A DNA stretch of 64,000 nt, taken from the NCBI GenBank assembly GCA_963706735.1, contig CAVPNQ010000116.1:2704-66703 (forward strand). The letters are read 5' to 3'. The notes under the pieces are model-generated. The model was not told the DNA's origin, searched no databases, and worked only from the letters and a program-made list of their open reading frames with translations. The position numbers and the translations under genes are program-made. This DNA comes from an uncultured Planctomycetia bacterium. GTDB lineage: Bacteria; Planctomycetota; MHYJ01; WSZJ01. Below, in pieces: positions 1-8,924 of the stretch (the stretch's first letter is position 1; every line of letters starts with the position of its first letter).

Positions 1-568
1 TCGAATCCCCGCCCGTCGCGTTCCGGATGATGTTCACCAGCGATTCCGGGTCGTCGAACGGATGGGCGCTGTCTTCCGGCTCGATGATCCCCGTCGTCGG
101 GCCGGCTTCGCCTTCGCCGGCGGCGAGTTCGAGGCTGGGACCCGGGAAGTCGCGGATCTTCATGAGCAGGTCCTTCACGTCGTAGAGCTGCATGTCCATC
201 TCCGACCCGCGCTCTTCCTTCGTCTCCACCATCAGGACGCCCTTCTTGTACACGAGCGTCAGGTCCTGGAGGTTCAGGAGCAGCTTGAGGGCCGTGCGCA
301 GCGGCAGGTCTTCGAGCTTGATATCGACCTTGAGCTCGCCGCTCCGCGCCTTTTCCTGCACGGACTTGGACAGCACGAAATTGATACCCGTCACTTCGTG
401 GAGAAAGTCGATCACCTCGCTCAGGTTGGTGTCCTTGAAATCGAGCGAGATTTTCGTCGTCTCCAGCTTGTTCATGATCTCGCGCTTCTTTTCGTCCACC
501 TCGTCGGCGCGGACGGGAAGCGCGAGTGCCACGAACAGAGCGGCGGTCGCGACCAGGCAGCGGATCAT
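1..568 (-). CDS. secretin N-domain-like periplasmic protein, paralog 1 (C-terminus outside the window)
   Basis: ATG at 568-566. The translation MIRCLVATAALFVALALPVRADE... has a signal peptide and KISLDFKDTNLSEVIDFLHEVTGINFVLSK, about 70 percent similar to the 782-1471 protein. The ORF is open to the window edge. Confidence 0.7.
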   Translation of the reverse strand, partial: MIRCLVATAALFVALALPVRADEVDEKKREIMNKLETTKISLDFKDTNLSEVIDFLHEVTGINFVLSKSVQEKARSGELKVDIKLEDLPLRTALKLLLNLQDLTLVYKKGVLMVETKEERGSEMDMQLYDVKDLLMKIRDFPGPSLELAAGEGEAGPTTGIIEPEDSAHPFDDPESLVNIIRNATGGDS

Positions 569-781
569 CGGTCTCCTCCTACGGGCCCCCCCGTGGTCCG
601 GGATTGTACCGGAATGCGGATGGGGCGAACCAACGACAAAATGAACACAGGCGGTGGCGGGATCGGCCGGGCCCGGCGCGACCCTTCATGCACGGACTTC
701 TCGAGAACGGGACGGGACCTGCAGGGACGGGCCTTGCGGCCCGGCCGGGCCCCCCGCGGGAGGAACGGCCGGGCTCGACGG

Positions 782-1471
782 CTATTTGAACTGGCGCAGC
801 GAGACGATCAGCTGCTCGACTTCCTTCTGTATCTCGGGATTGTTCGCGACGATCAGCAGGCCGTTCTGGATGTCGATCGAGACGCCGTCCTTGCCCCAGA
901 CCGTGTCGCCGCCCGTCGCGTTCCGGATGATCTCGACGAGCTGGTCCTTCGACTCGAACGGGTGCGCCATCTCCTCGGGCCCGACCACGATGCCGATCGG
1001 GAACGCCCCGTCCCCGCCTTCGGACGTCGCCAGCTCGATCGTCGGCGCCGGGAAGTCCTCGATCTTCATCATCAGGTCCTTCACGTCGTAGATCTTCATC
1101 TCCACTTCCTTGCCGCGCTCTTCCTTCGTCTCCACCACCAGCACGCCGTTCTTGTAGACCGCCGTCAGGTCGTGCATCTCCAGCATCAGCTTCAGCGCCG
1201 CCTTGAGCTGCATGTCCGACAGCTTCACGTCCACCTTCAGGTCGCCTCCGTCCGCCTTCTCGCGGACTTCCTTCGACAGCACGAAGTTGATGTCCGTCAC
1301 CTCGTGGAGGAAATCGATCACCTCCGCGAGATTCGTGTCCTTGAAGTCCAGGCTGATCTTCGTGTTCTCCAGCCGGTTCACGATCTTCGACTTCACGTCG
1401 TCCACGTCCTCGGCCCACGCCGGCAACGCCAGCGCCCCGGCCAGCAACATCGCACCGATTCTCCCGATCAT
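782..1471 (-). CDS. secretin N-domain-like (STN/N0 plus N1-like) periplasmic protein, paralog 2
   Basis: 229-aa ORF with a signal peptide (MIGRIGAMLLAGALALPAWA). It carries an N0/STN-like block (ISLDFKDTNLAEVIDFLHEVTDINFVL...ALKLMLEMHDLTAVYKNGVLVV), a second secretin-N-like block, and ends in LRQFK. Confidence 0.8.
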   Translation of the reverse strand: MIGRIGAMLLAGALALPAWAEDVDDVKSKIVNRLENTKISLDFKDTNLAEVIDFLHEVTDINFVLSKEVREKADGGDLKVDVKLSDMQLKAALKLMLEMHDLTAVYKNGVLVVETKEERGKEVEMKIYDVKDLMMKIEDFPAPTIELATSEGGDGAFPIGIVVGPEEMAHPFESKDQLVEIIRNATGGDTVWGKDGVSIDIQNGLLIVANNPEIQKEVEQLIVSLRQFK

Positions 1472-1538
1472 GACAACCTCCAGGCCCCCCCGGGTCTGCG
1501 GAAAGCGCGCGCGGCACCGGCCGCATGCGCGGTGAGGA

Positions 1539-2264
1539 CTATTTGAACTGGCGGAATTCGTTGAGAAGCGTGCGCACCTTGTTCTGGAGCTTCCACGGCG
1601 CCTTCACGTACAGCACGCCGTTCACCAGGTCCATGCTCGTTCCCTCGCCCCACGCGTCGTCGCCGCCCGACCCGTTCTTCAACAGCTCCTTCAGCTTCTC
1701 CGGGTCCTCGATCGGCTTCTTCGGGCGCGACTTCTCCCGCTCCTCCTCAGGCACCTCCTCGAACGCGTGCCCGCCCGGCGACGACCCGTTCGCCTTCTCC
1801 TTGTCACCCTTCTTCACCAGCGCACTCTCCGGCCCCGCGAAATCCGTGATCGTGTTCAGCAGCTCACGCACGTCGTACAGCTCCAGCACCGCATCCTTCA
1901 CGTACTCCTCGCTCGACATGATCTTGATCTGCCCCTTCACCTTCTCCGCCCACGCCAGCCCCAGCTGCGCCAGCGCCATGTCCAAAACCTCCCGCGCCGT
2001 CTTGTCCTTCGCCATCACCTTCACCTTCTCCAGCCCCCTCTTCGACAGGTTCTGGGCCGCCTTCGTCAGGTCGTACTCAAACCCCGCTTCCCGAGTCAGC
2101 CACGACAGTAGGTCCGCCAGCGGCGCTTCGTCGAACTCCGGAGACAGCAGCTTCTCTTTCTCCTTCTTCTCGACCTTCTTGTCCTTGTCCGCCGGCTTAG
2201 CGTCCTCCGCGAACACCGGAAGACTCAGAAGGGCCAGGGCGAGGACAGAAGCGGTGAAGCGCAT
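1539..2264 (-). CDS. secretin N-domain-like periplasmic protein, paralog 3
   Basis: The likely start is the internal ATG at 2264 (MRFTASVLALALLSLPVFA signal peptide). It has the same two-block architecture, a Lys/Glu-rich linker, and ends in FRQFK. Confidence 0.7.
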   Translation of the reverse strand: MRFTASVLALALLSLPVFAEDAKPADKDKKVEKKEKEKLLSPEFDEAPLADLLSWLTREAGFEYDLTKAAQNLSKRGLEKVKVMAKDKTAREVLDMALAQLGLAWAEKVKGQIKIMSSEEYVKDAVLELYDVRELLNTITDFAGPESALVKKGDKEKANGSSPGGHAFEEVPEEEREKSRPKKPIEDPEKLKELLKNGSGGDDAWGEGTSMDLVNGVLYVKAPWKLQNKVRTLLNEFRQFK

Positions 2265-2447
2265 GTCAGGTCTCCGTTTTCGGGTTGGGAGGATGAAAAG
2301 CAACGCCCGTGCCGTCTGGAAGGGTCATTTTCGGGGGTTTGGGGAGCAGAACAGCCAATTCCGTTTACAGAACCGGCGAGATTGCACGAAAGGGGCGTTC
2401 CTTTTACACGAAGGGTCCTGACACACGCCGCGATCCGAGCTTCCCCT

Positions 2448-2577
2448 CAGAGCGCGCGAAGAATTCGGTTGCCGTCGGCGGTCGGACCTCGCTGCGCGAC
2501 GCCGCCGAACGGCTGGCGGCATCGCTTCGCTCGCCCCGACCGCTCGCCGTCACCCGAATTCTTCACGCGCTCTCGTA
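2448..2577. repeat. long imperfect hairpin (GAGCGCGCGAAGAATTCGG family)
   Basis: AGAGCGCGCGAAGAATTCGGTTGCCGTCGGCGGTCGGACCTC (2450-2490) pairs imperfectly with ...CCGACCGCTCGCCGTCACCCGAATTCTTCACGCGCTCT (to 2573). Confidence 0.6.
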
Positions 2578-2658
2578 ACGGCTTTCCTTCCAGGGGCACT
2601 GCCCGACGGACTCACGAGGTCGAGGCAAAGAGCTTGAGGATTCCAGTTCGGCCTTGAG

Positions 2659-2765
2659 GCGAGCGACGGCGAGCGGTCGGGACTCGCGACCCGGCGTCGA
2701 TCCGTTCCGACGCCGGGTCGAGAGGTCCGACCGCCGACGGCGCTCGATTTTTTCGCGCGCTCTCC
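2659..2765. repeat. second long hairpin, an inverted homolog of the 2448-2577 element
   Basis: The apical pair is CGACCCGGCGTCG / CGACGCCGGGTCG (2686-2720). The 3-prime arm GAGGTCCGACCGCCGACGGCGCTCGATTTTTTCGCGCGCTCT is the reverse complement of the 2450-2490 arm, with differences only in the central roughly 10-nt segment (GAATTCGGTT versus AAAATCGAGC). Confidence 0.6.
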
Positions 2766-2805
2766 CCGCTGGAACTCGTTACGCTGCTTCACCCTACACC
2801 CTCCC

Positions 2806-3804
2806 ATGCCCCCCCTTCACACCCTGCTGGACGCCAATTTCAACCGAGCCCGGGAAGCGGCCCGGGTGCTGGAGGATCAGGCGCGCTTCCTTCACCGCAG
2901 CGCCGACCTGTCGAAGCGCTGGCAGGCGCTTCGCCGCGGTCTGGGGGCGCTGGAAGCCTCGCTGGGGCCGCTGACGGCCTCCCGCGATGTGGCGGCGGAC
3001 CCGGGTGCCCGAGACCAGGCCGCGCCGCGGCGTTCGCCGGACGAGATTGGCGCGGCGAACGCCAAGCGCCTGGAAGAAGCGCTGCGGTCGATCGAAGAGC
3101 ATCTCAAGGCGGTGAAGCCCGCGTCGTGCCGCGAAGCCGCCCGCCTGCGCTTCGACGCCTATGAGGCCGAGCAGGCGGCGATTTACGGCCCCGCGCGCCG
3201 GCTTGCGGGAGTGAGGCTGATGGCGCTGTTGACCGAATCGATCTGCCGCCGGCCGTGGCTGGAGACGGCGAAGGAGTGGGTGAAGGGCGGAGTGGACACG
3301 ATCCAGCTGCGGGAGAAGGAGTTGGGGGACCGCGAGTTCCTGAAGCGCGCGCGGGCGCTTCGGAAAATCGTGCCGGTGCTGATCCTGAACGACCGTGCGG
3401 GGCTGGTCTCGCTGTGCGAAGCGGACGGGGTGCACGTCGGCGAGGACGACCTGGGGATCGCGGACGCGAGGGCGCTGATCGGGCCAGCGCGGATTCTAGG
3501 CGTGACGGTGCATTCGCCGCGGGACCCGGTGGCGGGAGCGGACTACGTTTCCGCGGGCCCGGTCTTCGGTTCACCGCAGAAGCCGGGGTTGAAACCGGCA
3601 GGGCTGGAAGCGGTGCGGCGCGCGGCGAAGCGCGGGATTCCGTTTGTCGCGATCGGGGGAATCACGGCGGAGAACCTGCCACAGGTCCTGCGGGCGGGGG
3701 CGACGCGCGTGGCGGTGGGGACGGCGCTGGCGGGGGCGAAGGATCCGCGGGCGGAGGCGAGGAGGTTTGTGAGGGGGATGAAATCCGCGGCGAGGGTGAG
3801 GTGA
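2806..3804 (+). CDS. thiE: thiamine-phosphate synthase with an N-terminal extension of about 130 aa
   Basis: The C-terminal 200 aa match the ThiE TIM-barrel pattern (VDTIQLREKEL, ILNDR, ADGVHVGEDDL, GVTVHS, ADYVSAGPVFGSPQKPG, IPFVAIGGI). Confidence 0.85.
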   Translation: MPPLHTLLDANFNRAREAARVLEDQARFLHRSADLSKRWQALRRGLGALEASLGPLTASRDVAADPGARDQAAPRRSPDEIGAANAKRLEEALRSIEEHLKAVKPASCREAARLRFDAYEAEQAAIYGPARRLAGVRLMALLTESICRRPWLETAKEWVKGGVDTIQLREKELGDREFLKRARALRKIVPVLILNDRAGLVSLCEADGVHVGEDDLGIADARALIGPARILGVTVHSPRDPVAGADYVSAGPVFGSPQKPGLKPAGLEAVRRAAKRGIPFVAIGGITAENLPQVLRAGATRVAVGTALAGAKDPRAEARRFVRGMKSAARVR

Positions 3805-3822
3805 CGCCGTCGATCTGCCGTT

Positions 3823-3921
3823 CCCTTAACCTCAACCTTTCCCTTTTCCTATCCCTGGTTCCCGAGCAGGCCCATGGGCCCGGAGAGGGGAAAGGAAAAG
3901 GGGAAGGTTAAGGTTAAGGGG
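3823..3921. repeat. long hairpin with low-complexity arms (CCCTTAACC family, copy 1)
   Basis: CCCTTAACCTCAACCTTTCCCTTTTCCTATCCC pairs with GGGAAAGGAAAAGGGGAAGGTTAAGGTTAAGGGG. The loop contains GGCCCATGGGCC. A second copy lies at 29620-29736. Confidence 0.8.
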
Positions 3922-3961
3922 AGGGGACGCGTAGCTGCGGAGTTGATGTGCATCAAGTCGG

Positions 3962-3991
3962 TGACTTAATAAAGCATTGTCTTTATATAAT
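3962..3991 (+). promoter_or_regulatory. candidate sigma70-like promoter giving a leaderless or very short-leader mRNA
   Basis: TGACTT (3962-3967), an 18-nt spacer, then TATAAT (3986-3991), in an AT-rich patch. The ATG at 3998 lies 6 nt after the -10 box and has no SD. Confidence 0.3.
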
Positions 3992-3997
3992 AACTCC

Positions 3998-4852
3998 ATG
4001 GCCACCCGAACCCGATCCCACCCCAAAAACGCCCCCGGTCCCTGGTTCGTCGATACGACCTGCATCGACTGCGACGTCTGCCGCGAGCACGTCCCCGAAG
4101 TCTTCGGCCGCGCGGACGACTCGACCTTCGTCATCCGCCCCCCCTCCACCCCCGACGAGACCCGCCGCGCCTGGCTCGCCCTCCAGGCCTGCCCCGTCGC
4201 CTGCATCGGCGCAGATGCCGGCAAGCGCCCCGCTGAAGCGCACTTCCCGATCCGCGTGGACGGCGACGTCTGGCTCTGCGGCATGACGCTGCGAGAGACG
4301 TACGGCGGGCAGTCGTACTTCGTGAAGCGCCCCGGTGGCAACCTCCTCATCGACTCCCCGCGCCCCGCCGCGGCGCTTCACCGATGGTTCGAGCAGCAGG
4401 GCGGCATCGCCGACATTCTCCTCACGCACCAGGACGACGTCGCCAAGGCGGACGAGACCGGCCGCAAGTTCGGCGCGCGCATCTGGATCCACGAGGACGA
4501 CGCCGTCGGGTTCGCGACGGATCTCTGGAAGGGTCCCGGCGAGGTCGAGGTGCGGCCCGGCGTGGTGATGCTGCCGGTGCCGGGGCACACTGCGGGAAGC
4601 GTCGTGTTCCTGGTGGACGACACGTACCTGTTCAGCGGCGACTCGCTCGCGTGGGACGAGGACACCGGGGAGCTGTACGCGTTCCGCGACTACTGCTGGC
4701 ATTCGTGGCCGGAGCAACTCGACTCGCTCGAGCGGCTCGCTCGCCGGAAGTTCGGCTGGGTCCTGCCCGGCCACGGCCGACGGACACCCGCGGCAGCGGA
4801 AGGGCTGCCTGCAGAGTTAGCGAGGTACGTGGCGCGCATGCGCCGTGGATAG
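3998..4852 (+). CDS. ferredoxin-domain / metallo-beta-lactamase-fold fusion protein
   Basis: The N-terminus has CIDCDVCRE...ACPVACI (a single 4Fe-4S ferredoxin pattern). The C-terminus has an MBL-like fold (LLIDSP, LLTHQDDV, PVPGHTAGS, LPGHG). The ATG at 3998 is preferred over the TTG at 3977. Confidence 0.75.
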   Translation: MATRTRSHPKNAPGPWFVDTTCIDCDVCREHVPEVFGRADDSTFVIRPPSTPDETRRAWLALQACPVACIGADAGKRPAEAHFPIRVDGDVWLCGMTLRETYGGQSYFVKRPGGNLLIDSPRPAAALHRWFEQQGGIADILLTHQDDVAKADETGRKFGARIWIHEDDAVGFATDLWKGPGEVEVRPGVVMLPVPGHTAGSVVFLVDDTYLFSGDSLAWDEDTGELYAFRDYCWHSWPEQLDSLERLARRKFGWVLPGHGRRTPAAAEGLPAELARYVARMRRG

Positions 4853-4865
4853 GTAACATCCCGCC

Positions 4866-5303
4866 ATGGATCTCACCCGCCGCGAATTCGTCGCCGGACT
4901 CACCGCTTCCTGCTTCCTCTGCGGCTGCGCGTCGGAGGAAAAGAAGCCCGCGGACTCCCCGAAGCCCGCGGAACCGCCGCCCGCGAACGCGAAACCAGGC
5001 GAACTCGTGGACATCCCTTCCGCCCTCCGCGCGCCGGGCGACCAGGCCAAGGTCACGCTCGCGGCCGGAACCATCGTCCTCCTCTGGAAGGACGAAATCG
5101 GATTTCACGCCACCGCGGGACGCTGCACGCACCGCGGTTCGGAGATCTACTACGATCCGGATCGCAAGGACATCGCCTGCCCCGAGCACAAGTCGCGCTT
5201 CTATACGGATGGCTCGGTGGAAAAGGGACCGGCGAAGGTCGCGCTCGAGACGTTCGCGGTCACGGAAGAAGACGGGAAGCTGCGGATCGCGCCGAAGTCG
5301 TAG
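4866..5303 (+). CDS. Rieske 2Fe-2S domain protein, exported (Tat-like/lipoprotein N-terminus)
   Basis: MDLTRREFVAGLTASCFLCGC leader. The Rieske motifs CTHRG and CPEHKS are present. Confidence 0.8.
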   Translation: MDLTRREFVAGLTASCFLCGCASEEKKPADSPKPAEPPPANAKPGELVDIPSALRAPGDQAKVTLAAGTIVLLWKDEIGFHATAGRCTHRGSEIYYDPDRKDIACPEHKSRFYTDGSVEKGPAKVALETFAVTEEDGKLRIAPKS

Positions 5304-5305
5304 GG

Positions 5306-6205
5306 CTACTTCCGCGGGTTCGCCTTGAAGAACTCCCAGACGTCCTTCGTCGCGTCGAAGTCCTCGCAGACGGGGCCGATCCACGCTGCGGGCAGGTACT
5401 GGCTCCCGCTCGGCCACGTGTGTCCCATGCCGAAGACGGTCCGCAGCTCGACCGGCGCTTCCCCGCCGCTCCACGCGCGCCGCGTCGGGCGGCAGCCGTC
5501 GTCGGGGTCGGTGTCGGGCATGTCGGTGTCGCCGGAGTCCGCGGTGCAGCCGTTGCGCGCCGCCCAGAGTTTCGCGGCGGCGACGGTGTCGATGAGTTCG
5601 CCGCGGTTTTTCGCGACGACGCCGCCGGCGTAGGGTACGAGCGGGTCCTCGGTTCCCTGGATGATCAGCACGGCCACGGCGCCCGGGCCGAACGCGTCGC
5701 GGACCGCGGGCGAAATTCCGCCGATCACGGGTGCGATCGCCGCGAAGCGGTCGGGGAAGCGGCTCCCGAGCGTGTGGGACATGAACCCGCCGTTGGAGAT
5801 GCCGGTGGCGAACACGCGCTTCGGGTCGATCGCGTGTCGCGCCGAAATCTCATCGAGCATCGCGACGATGAACGCGCCGTCATCGATCCCCTTCCGATCC
5901 TCGTCGATGCCTTCGCCGACGCGTCCGTCGTTCCAGCTGCGGTTGAGCCCGTCGGGGTAGGCGACGAGAAAGCCTTCCGCCTGCGCGAGCTCGTCGAATC
6001 CGCCGAAGCGCTCCATCTGCCGCCCCGTGCCGCCGCCGCCGTGCAGCACGACGACCAGCGGTCGGGGGCCTGCGGGCAGGTTCTCGGGGACGAACAGCCG
6101 GTACTCCCGTTCGCGCCCGTCCGCCATGCGCATCGAGAGCCGCTCCGACGGCACGCCGCACCCGGCCAGCGCCACGACCAGCCCGCACATCCATCGGGTC
6201 TTCAT
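5306..6205 (-). CDS. PHB-depolymerase-family esterase (alpha/beta hydrolase lipoprotein)
   Basis: Internal start MKTRWMCGLVVALAGCG. It contains VVVLHGGGGTG, the nucleophile elbow GISNGG, and QGTEDPLVPY. The upstream part of the 522-aa ORF is treated as non-coding. Confidence 0.75.
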   Translation of the reverse strand: MKTRWMCGLVVALAGCGVPSERLSMRMADGREREYRLFVPENLPAGPRPLVVVLHGGGGTGRQMERFGGFDELAQAEGFLVAYPDGLNRSWNDGRVGEGIDEDRKGIDDGAFIVAMLDEISARHAIDPKRVFATGISNGGFMSHTLGSRFPDRFAAIAPVIGGISPAVRDAFGPGAVAVLIIQGTEDPLVPYAGGVVAKNRGELIDTVAAAKLWAARNGCTADSGDTDMPDTDPDDGCRPTRRAWSGGEAPVELRTVFGMGHTWPSGSQYLPAAWIGPVCEDFDATKDVWEFFKANPRK

Positions 6206-6317
6206 GCCGGGACTATACAACCGCCCGCCGGCCCCGCTTCCCTTCGCCCTTGATTCCATGTTCCCAATTCTCCGTGAATCCGTTTCCATCACGCCCTTCT
6301 CCCACCCGAGGCCCCCC

Positions 6318-7562
6318 ATGCTGACCCTTCTCCTCACCACCCTTCTCGCCTGCCCTCCCCTCGGCGATACCCTCGACGACGTCGCCGCCAAAGTCGCCGC
6401 CCTCGTCTGCGAAGACCCGCAGGACTTCGAAGACCTCTTCTCGGAGGCCTTCCTCGAGGCCGTCCCCGCCGACCAGATCCACGCCCTGTTCGCCCAGGGA
6501 TTCAAGGACCACGGGAAAGTCGCCGAAGTCCGCCCCCTCGACCGCAACGGCGACTTCCAGGGCCGCTTCGATTTCGCCTTCGGCGACCGCTCCGTCGTCA
6601 CCGTCACCCTGACCGTCGAGGAGGAAGACCCGCACCGCATCACGGGCCTCTTCCTCAGCCCCGCCCGCATCCCGCTCGAATCCCTCGAGGACGTCGTCGC
6701 CGCGCTCAAGAAATTCCCCGGGACCGTCTCGTTCCAGGCCGTCCGCCTCGGCGACGAAGCGGAAACCCTCGCCGAACTCGAACCCGACAAGTCCCTGGCG
6801 ATCGGAAGCGCCTTCAAGCTGTACGTCCTCGGCGCGCTGATGGAGGACAAGCGCAAGTGGGACGAAGTCGTCACGCTGCGGGACGAATGGAAGAGCCTTC
6901 CGTCGGGGATCCTGCAGAACTGGCCGGCCGGCTCGCCGCTGACGCTTCATACGCTCGCCGTCGAGATGATCTCGATCAGCGACAACACGGCGGCCGACCA
7001 CCTGCTGTTCACGGCGGGGCGCGAGCGCGTGGAGGCCGCGATGCAGGCGATGGGGAACAAGGACGCCGCGCGTTCGAAGCCGTTCCTGTCCACGGGCGAG
7101 CTGTTCAAGCTGCGCACGAACAAGAACCTGCGCAAGGTGTACCTCAAGGCCGACAAGGCCGGCCGGCGCGCGCTTCTCGACAAGGACGTCAAGGCCGCGC
7201 CGCGGCCGATCCTGGCCGCGTGGCCGAAGGTCGGCTCGATCTCCAGGATCGAGTGGTTCGCGTCGGCGGCCGACCTGTGCCGCGCGATGGACTGGTTCCG
7301 CGCGAAAGGCGACGAGACGGCGCTGGGCGTGATGGGCGTGAACCGCGGGCTGAACATCCGCAAGGACGTCTGGCCGTACTGCGGCTTCAAGGGCGGCTCC
7401 GAGCCCGGCGTGCTCAACATGACGTGGCTGCTGAAGCGCGACGACGGCGCGTGGTTCGCGGTTTCGATCGGGTGGAACGATAAGGACGACCCGCTTCAGG
7501 AGAACCGCCTGTTCGGTCTGGCGCAGGCGGCGATCGACCTGCTGGCGTCCAGCGGGAGATAG
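6318..7562 (+). CDS. class A beta-lactamase-related serine hydrolase with an N-terminal accessory domain
   Basis: SAFK (SxxK), SISDN (SDN) and KGG triads occur in the correct order. The signal-like start MLTLLLTTLLACPP is at 6318. Confidence 0.7.
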   Translation: MLTLLLTTLLACPPLGDTLDDVAAKVAALVCEDPQDFEDLFSEAFLEAVPADQIHALFAQGFKDHGKVAEVRPLDRNGDFQGRFDFAFGDRSVVTVTLTVEEEDPHRITGLFLSPARIPLESLEDVVAALKKFPGTVSFQAVRLGDEAETLAELEPDKSLAIGSAFKLYVLGALMEDKRKWDEVVTLRDEWKSLPSGILQNWPAGSPLTLHTLAVEMISISDNTAADHLLFTAGRERVEAAMQAMGNKDAARSKPFLSTGELFKLRTNKNLRKVYLKADKAGRRALLDKDVKAAPRPILAAWPKVGSISRIEWFASAADLCRAMDWFRAKGDETALGVMGVNRGLNIRKDVWPYCGFKGGSEPGVLNMTWLLKRDDGAWFAVSIGWNDKDDPLQENRLFGLAQAAIDLLASSGR

Positions 7563-7568
7563 CGGGCG

Positions 7569-8924
7569 CTACTTCGGCCGCTTCCACTCCAGCACGACGT
7601 CCCCACGGGTCTGCGGGATCGCCTTCCACTCGCCGGACGCCCCATCGTCGCCGTCCGCCCATTCGGTCCAGTAGTGGACGATCCCGGGTCCTTCGCGGCG
7701 ATGAAGGGGTGCGCACGAAAAGGGATCTTCCAGCGGAGGCGGCACGGTCCCGCCCGCCGAGCGCTCCATCAGCAGCATGCGCAGGAGTCGGTAGCGCGCG
7801 AGCGTCAGGCGCCGGCTCTTCTCGAAGGGGTCGGGGACCGGCAGCGTCACGGTCGCGAGCGGATCGCTCTCGAAGGGCTTCAGGAACGCCGCAAACGCGG
7901 GCGCGGCCTCGGACCATTTCCGCCCCTCGAACTCGCGCACGAGCACCCGTTCGCGGGACAGCGCGTCATTGAGGTTCGCGGCGGCGATCCGCCATGAGAA
8001 TCCGTGGCGAAACCCGAGGACGCGCGCGACTTTCGAAGAGGTCCCCATCAGCGAGATGCTCAGGCCGCCGGGGGCGGCACCGGGTTTCCCCGTGGCCAGG
8101 TCCTCCATCACCTGGTTCAGGATCAACTGCTCCGCCTCGATCGCCGCTTCCAGGCTCGGGGCACCGGCCTCCGCGCGACGGAGCAGGTCCTCGAACGAAG
8201 CGGCTTCTTCCGGCGTGAGCGCCGGGTCGGTGGCCAGCGCTGCCGCTTCTTGGAATGCCGTCCCGCGGATATCGATTCCGAACAGGAAGCAGACGAGCGG
8301 TCCGGAGCGGGATTGGTCCGACCCGAGCTGAAAGGCGGCGCCGAGATCCGCGATCGCGCCCGGCCGATCTCCCGCGAGGCGGCGGTGGCGGGCGGAGGCC
8401 GTCAGCAACCGGCCCCCCATGCGGAATCCCGTGAGCCAGGGCATTTCCATGTCGGCGCCGCGCGCCCAGTCGAACGGGACCGCGTACGAGTCGAACCGGG
8501 CGGCCGCCCGCAATTTCTCCAGCGCCGGAGCCTGCTCTACCAGGAGCACCGCAATCCGCGCCTCCTCCTCAGGCTTCGCTTTCGCGAGGGCGGTGTTATA
8601 GATGGCATCGCGATCGCTCGCACTCAGGAGCGGGAGCCCGCGAGTGGCATCGTCGTAGCCCTCCCAGGCGTTGCCGGCGACGGCCGGGCCGGCGAAGGGC
8701 ATGCGCGCGGAAGTGCCGGCCATCACGCGCGACCTCAGCGCCCCGTTGCTGGCGACGAAATCCTTCCAGCGGGACTTCGCCCGGGCGGAAAACACCGCCG
8801 CGAAAATCAGCACGACTACCGCCAGCACTCCCAGGCACCCGACCGGCCCCCACACCCACTTGCTCTTCAACCACGGGCGCCCGGACCTATCCGGCGGCTT
8901 CGCCGGTTCCGCTTCATTTTCCAT
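7569..8924 (-). CDS. membrane-anchored protein of unknown function (paralog B)
   Basis: Start MENEAEPAK at 8924, with one TM helix (WGPVGCLGVLAVVVLIFAAVF). It is collinear with the 8914-10242 protein and ends in VVLEWKRPK. Confidence 0.7.
   Translation of the reverse strand: MENEAEPAKPPDRSGRPWLKSKWVWGPVGCLGVLAVVVLIFAAVFSARAKSRWKDFVASNGALRSRVMAGTSARMPFAGPAVAGNAWEGYDDATRGLPLLSASDRDAIYNTALAKAKPEEEARIAVLLVEQAPALEKLRAAARFDSYAVPFDWARGADMEMPWLTGFRMGGRLLTASARHRRLAGDRPGAIADLGAAFQLGSDQSRSGPLVCFLFGIDIRGTAFQEAAALATDPALTPEEAASFEDLLRRAEAGAPSLEAAIEAEQLILNQVMEDLATGKPGAAPGGLSISLMGTSSKVARVLGFRHGFSWRIAAANLNDALSRERVLVREFEGRKWSEAAPAFAAFLKPFESDPLATVTLPVPDPFEKSRRLTLARYRLLRMLLMERSAGGTVPPPLEDPFSCAPLHRREGPGIVHYWTEWADGDDGASGEWKAIPQTRGDVVLEWKRPK

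Noticed and set aside
62-1546. A 494-aa plus-strand ORF, with several other long ORFs overlapping the secretin-N-like genes.
   Set aside because: It is antisense to well-supported genes that have signal peptides and domain motifs. Its translation is Arg/His/Leu-rich low complexity, typical of shadow ORFs in GC-rich DNA.
2300-2805. A possible TPP riboswitch upstream of thiE.
   Set aside because: I could not find the conserved CTGAGA and ACCTGATCTGGATAATGCCAGCG-like core on the plus strand. The region is instead occupied by two long inverted repeats. Infernal would be decisive.
5306-6874. The full 522-aa ORF as the esterase gene.
   Set aside because: The N-terminal 223 residues are Ser/Arg/Ala-rich noise that overlaps the beta-lactamase-like gene on the other strand. 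The internal start MKTRWMCGLVVALAGC gives a proper lipoprotein signal.
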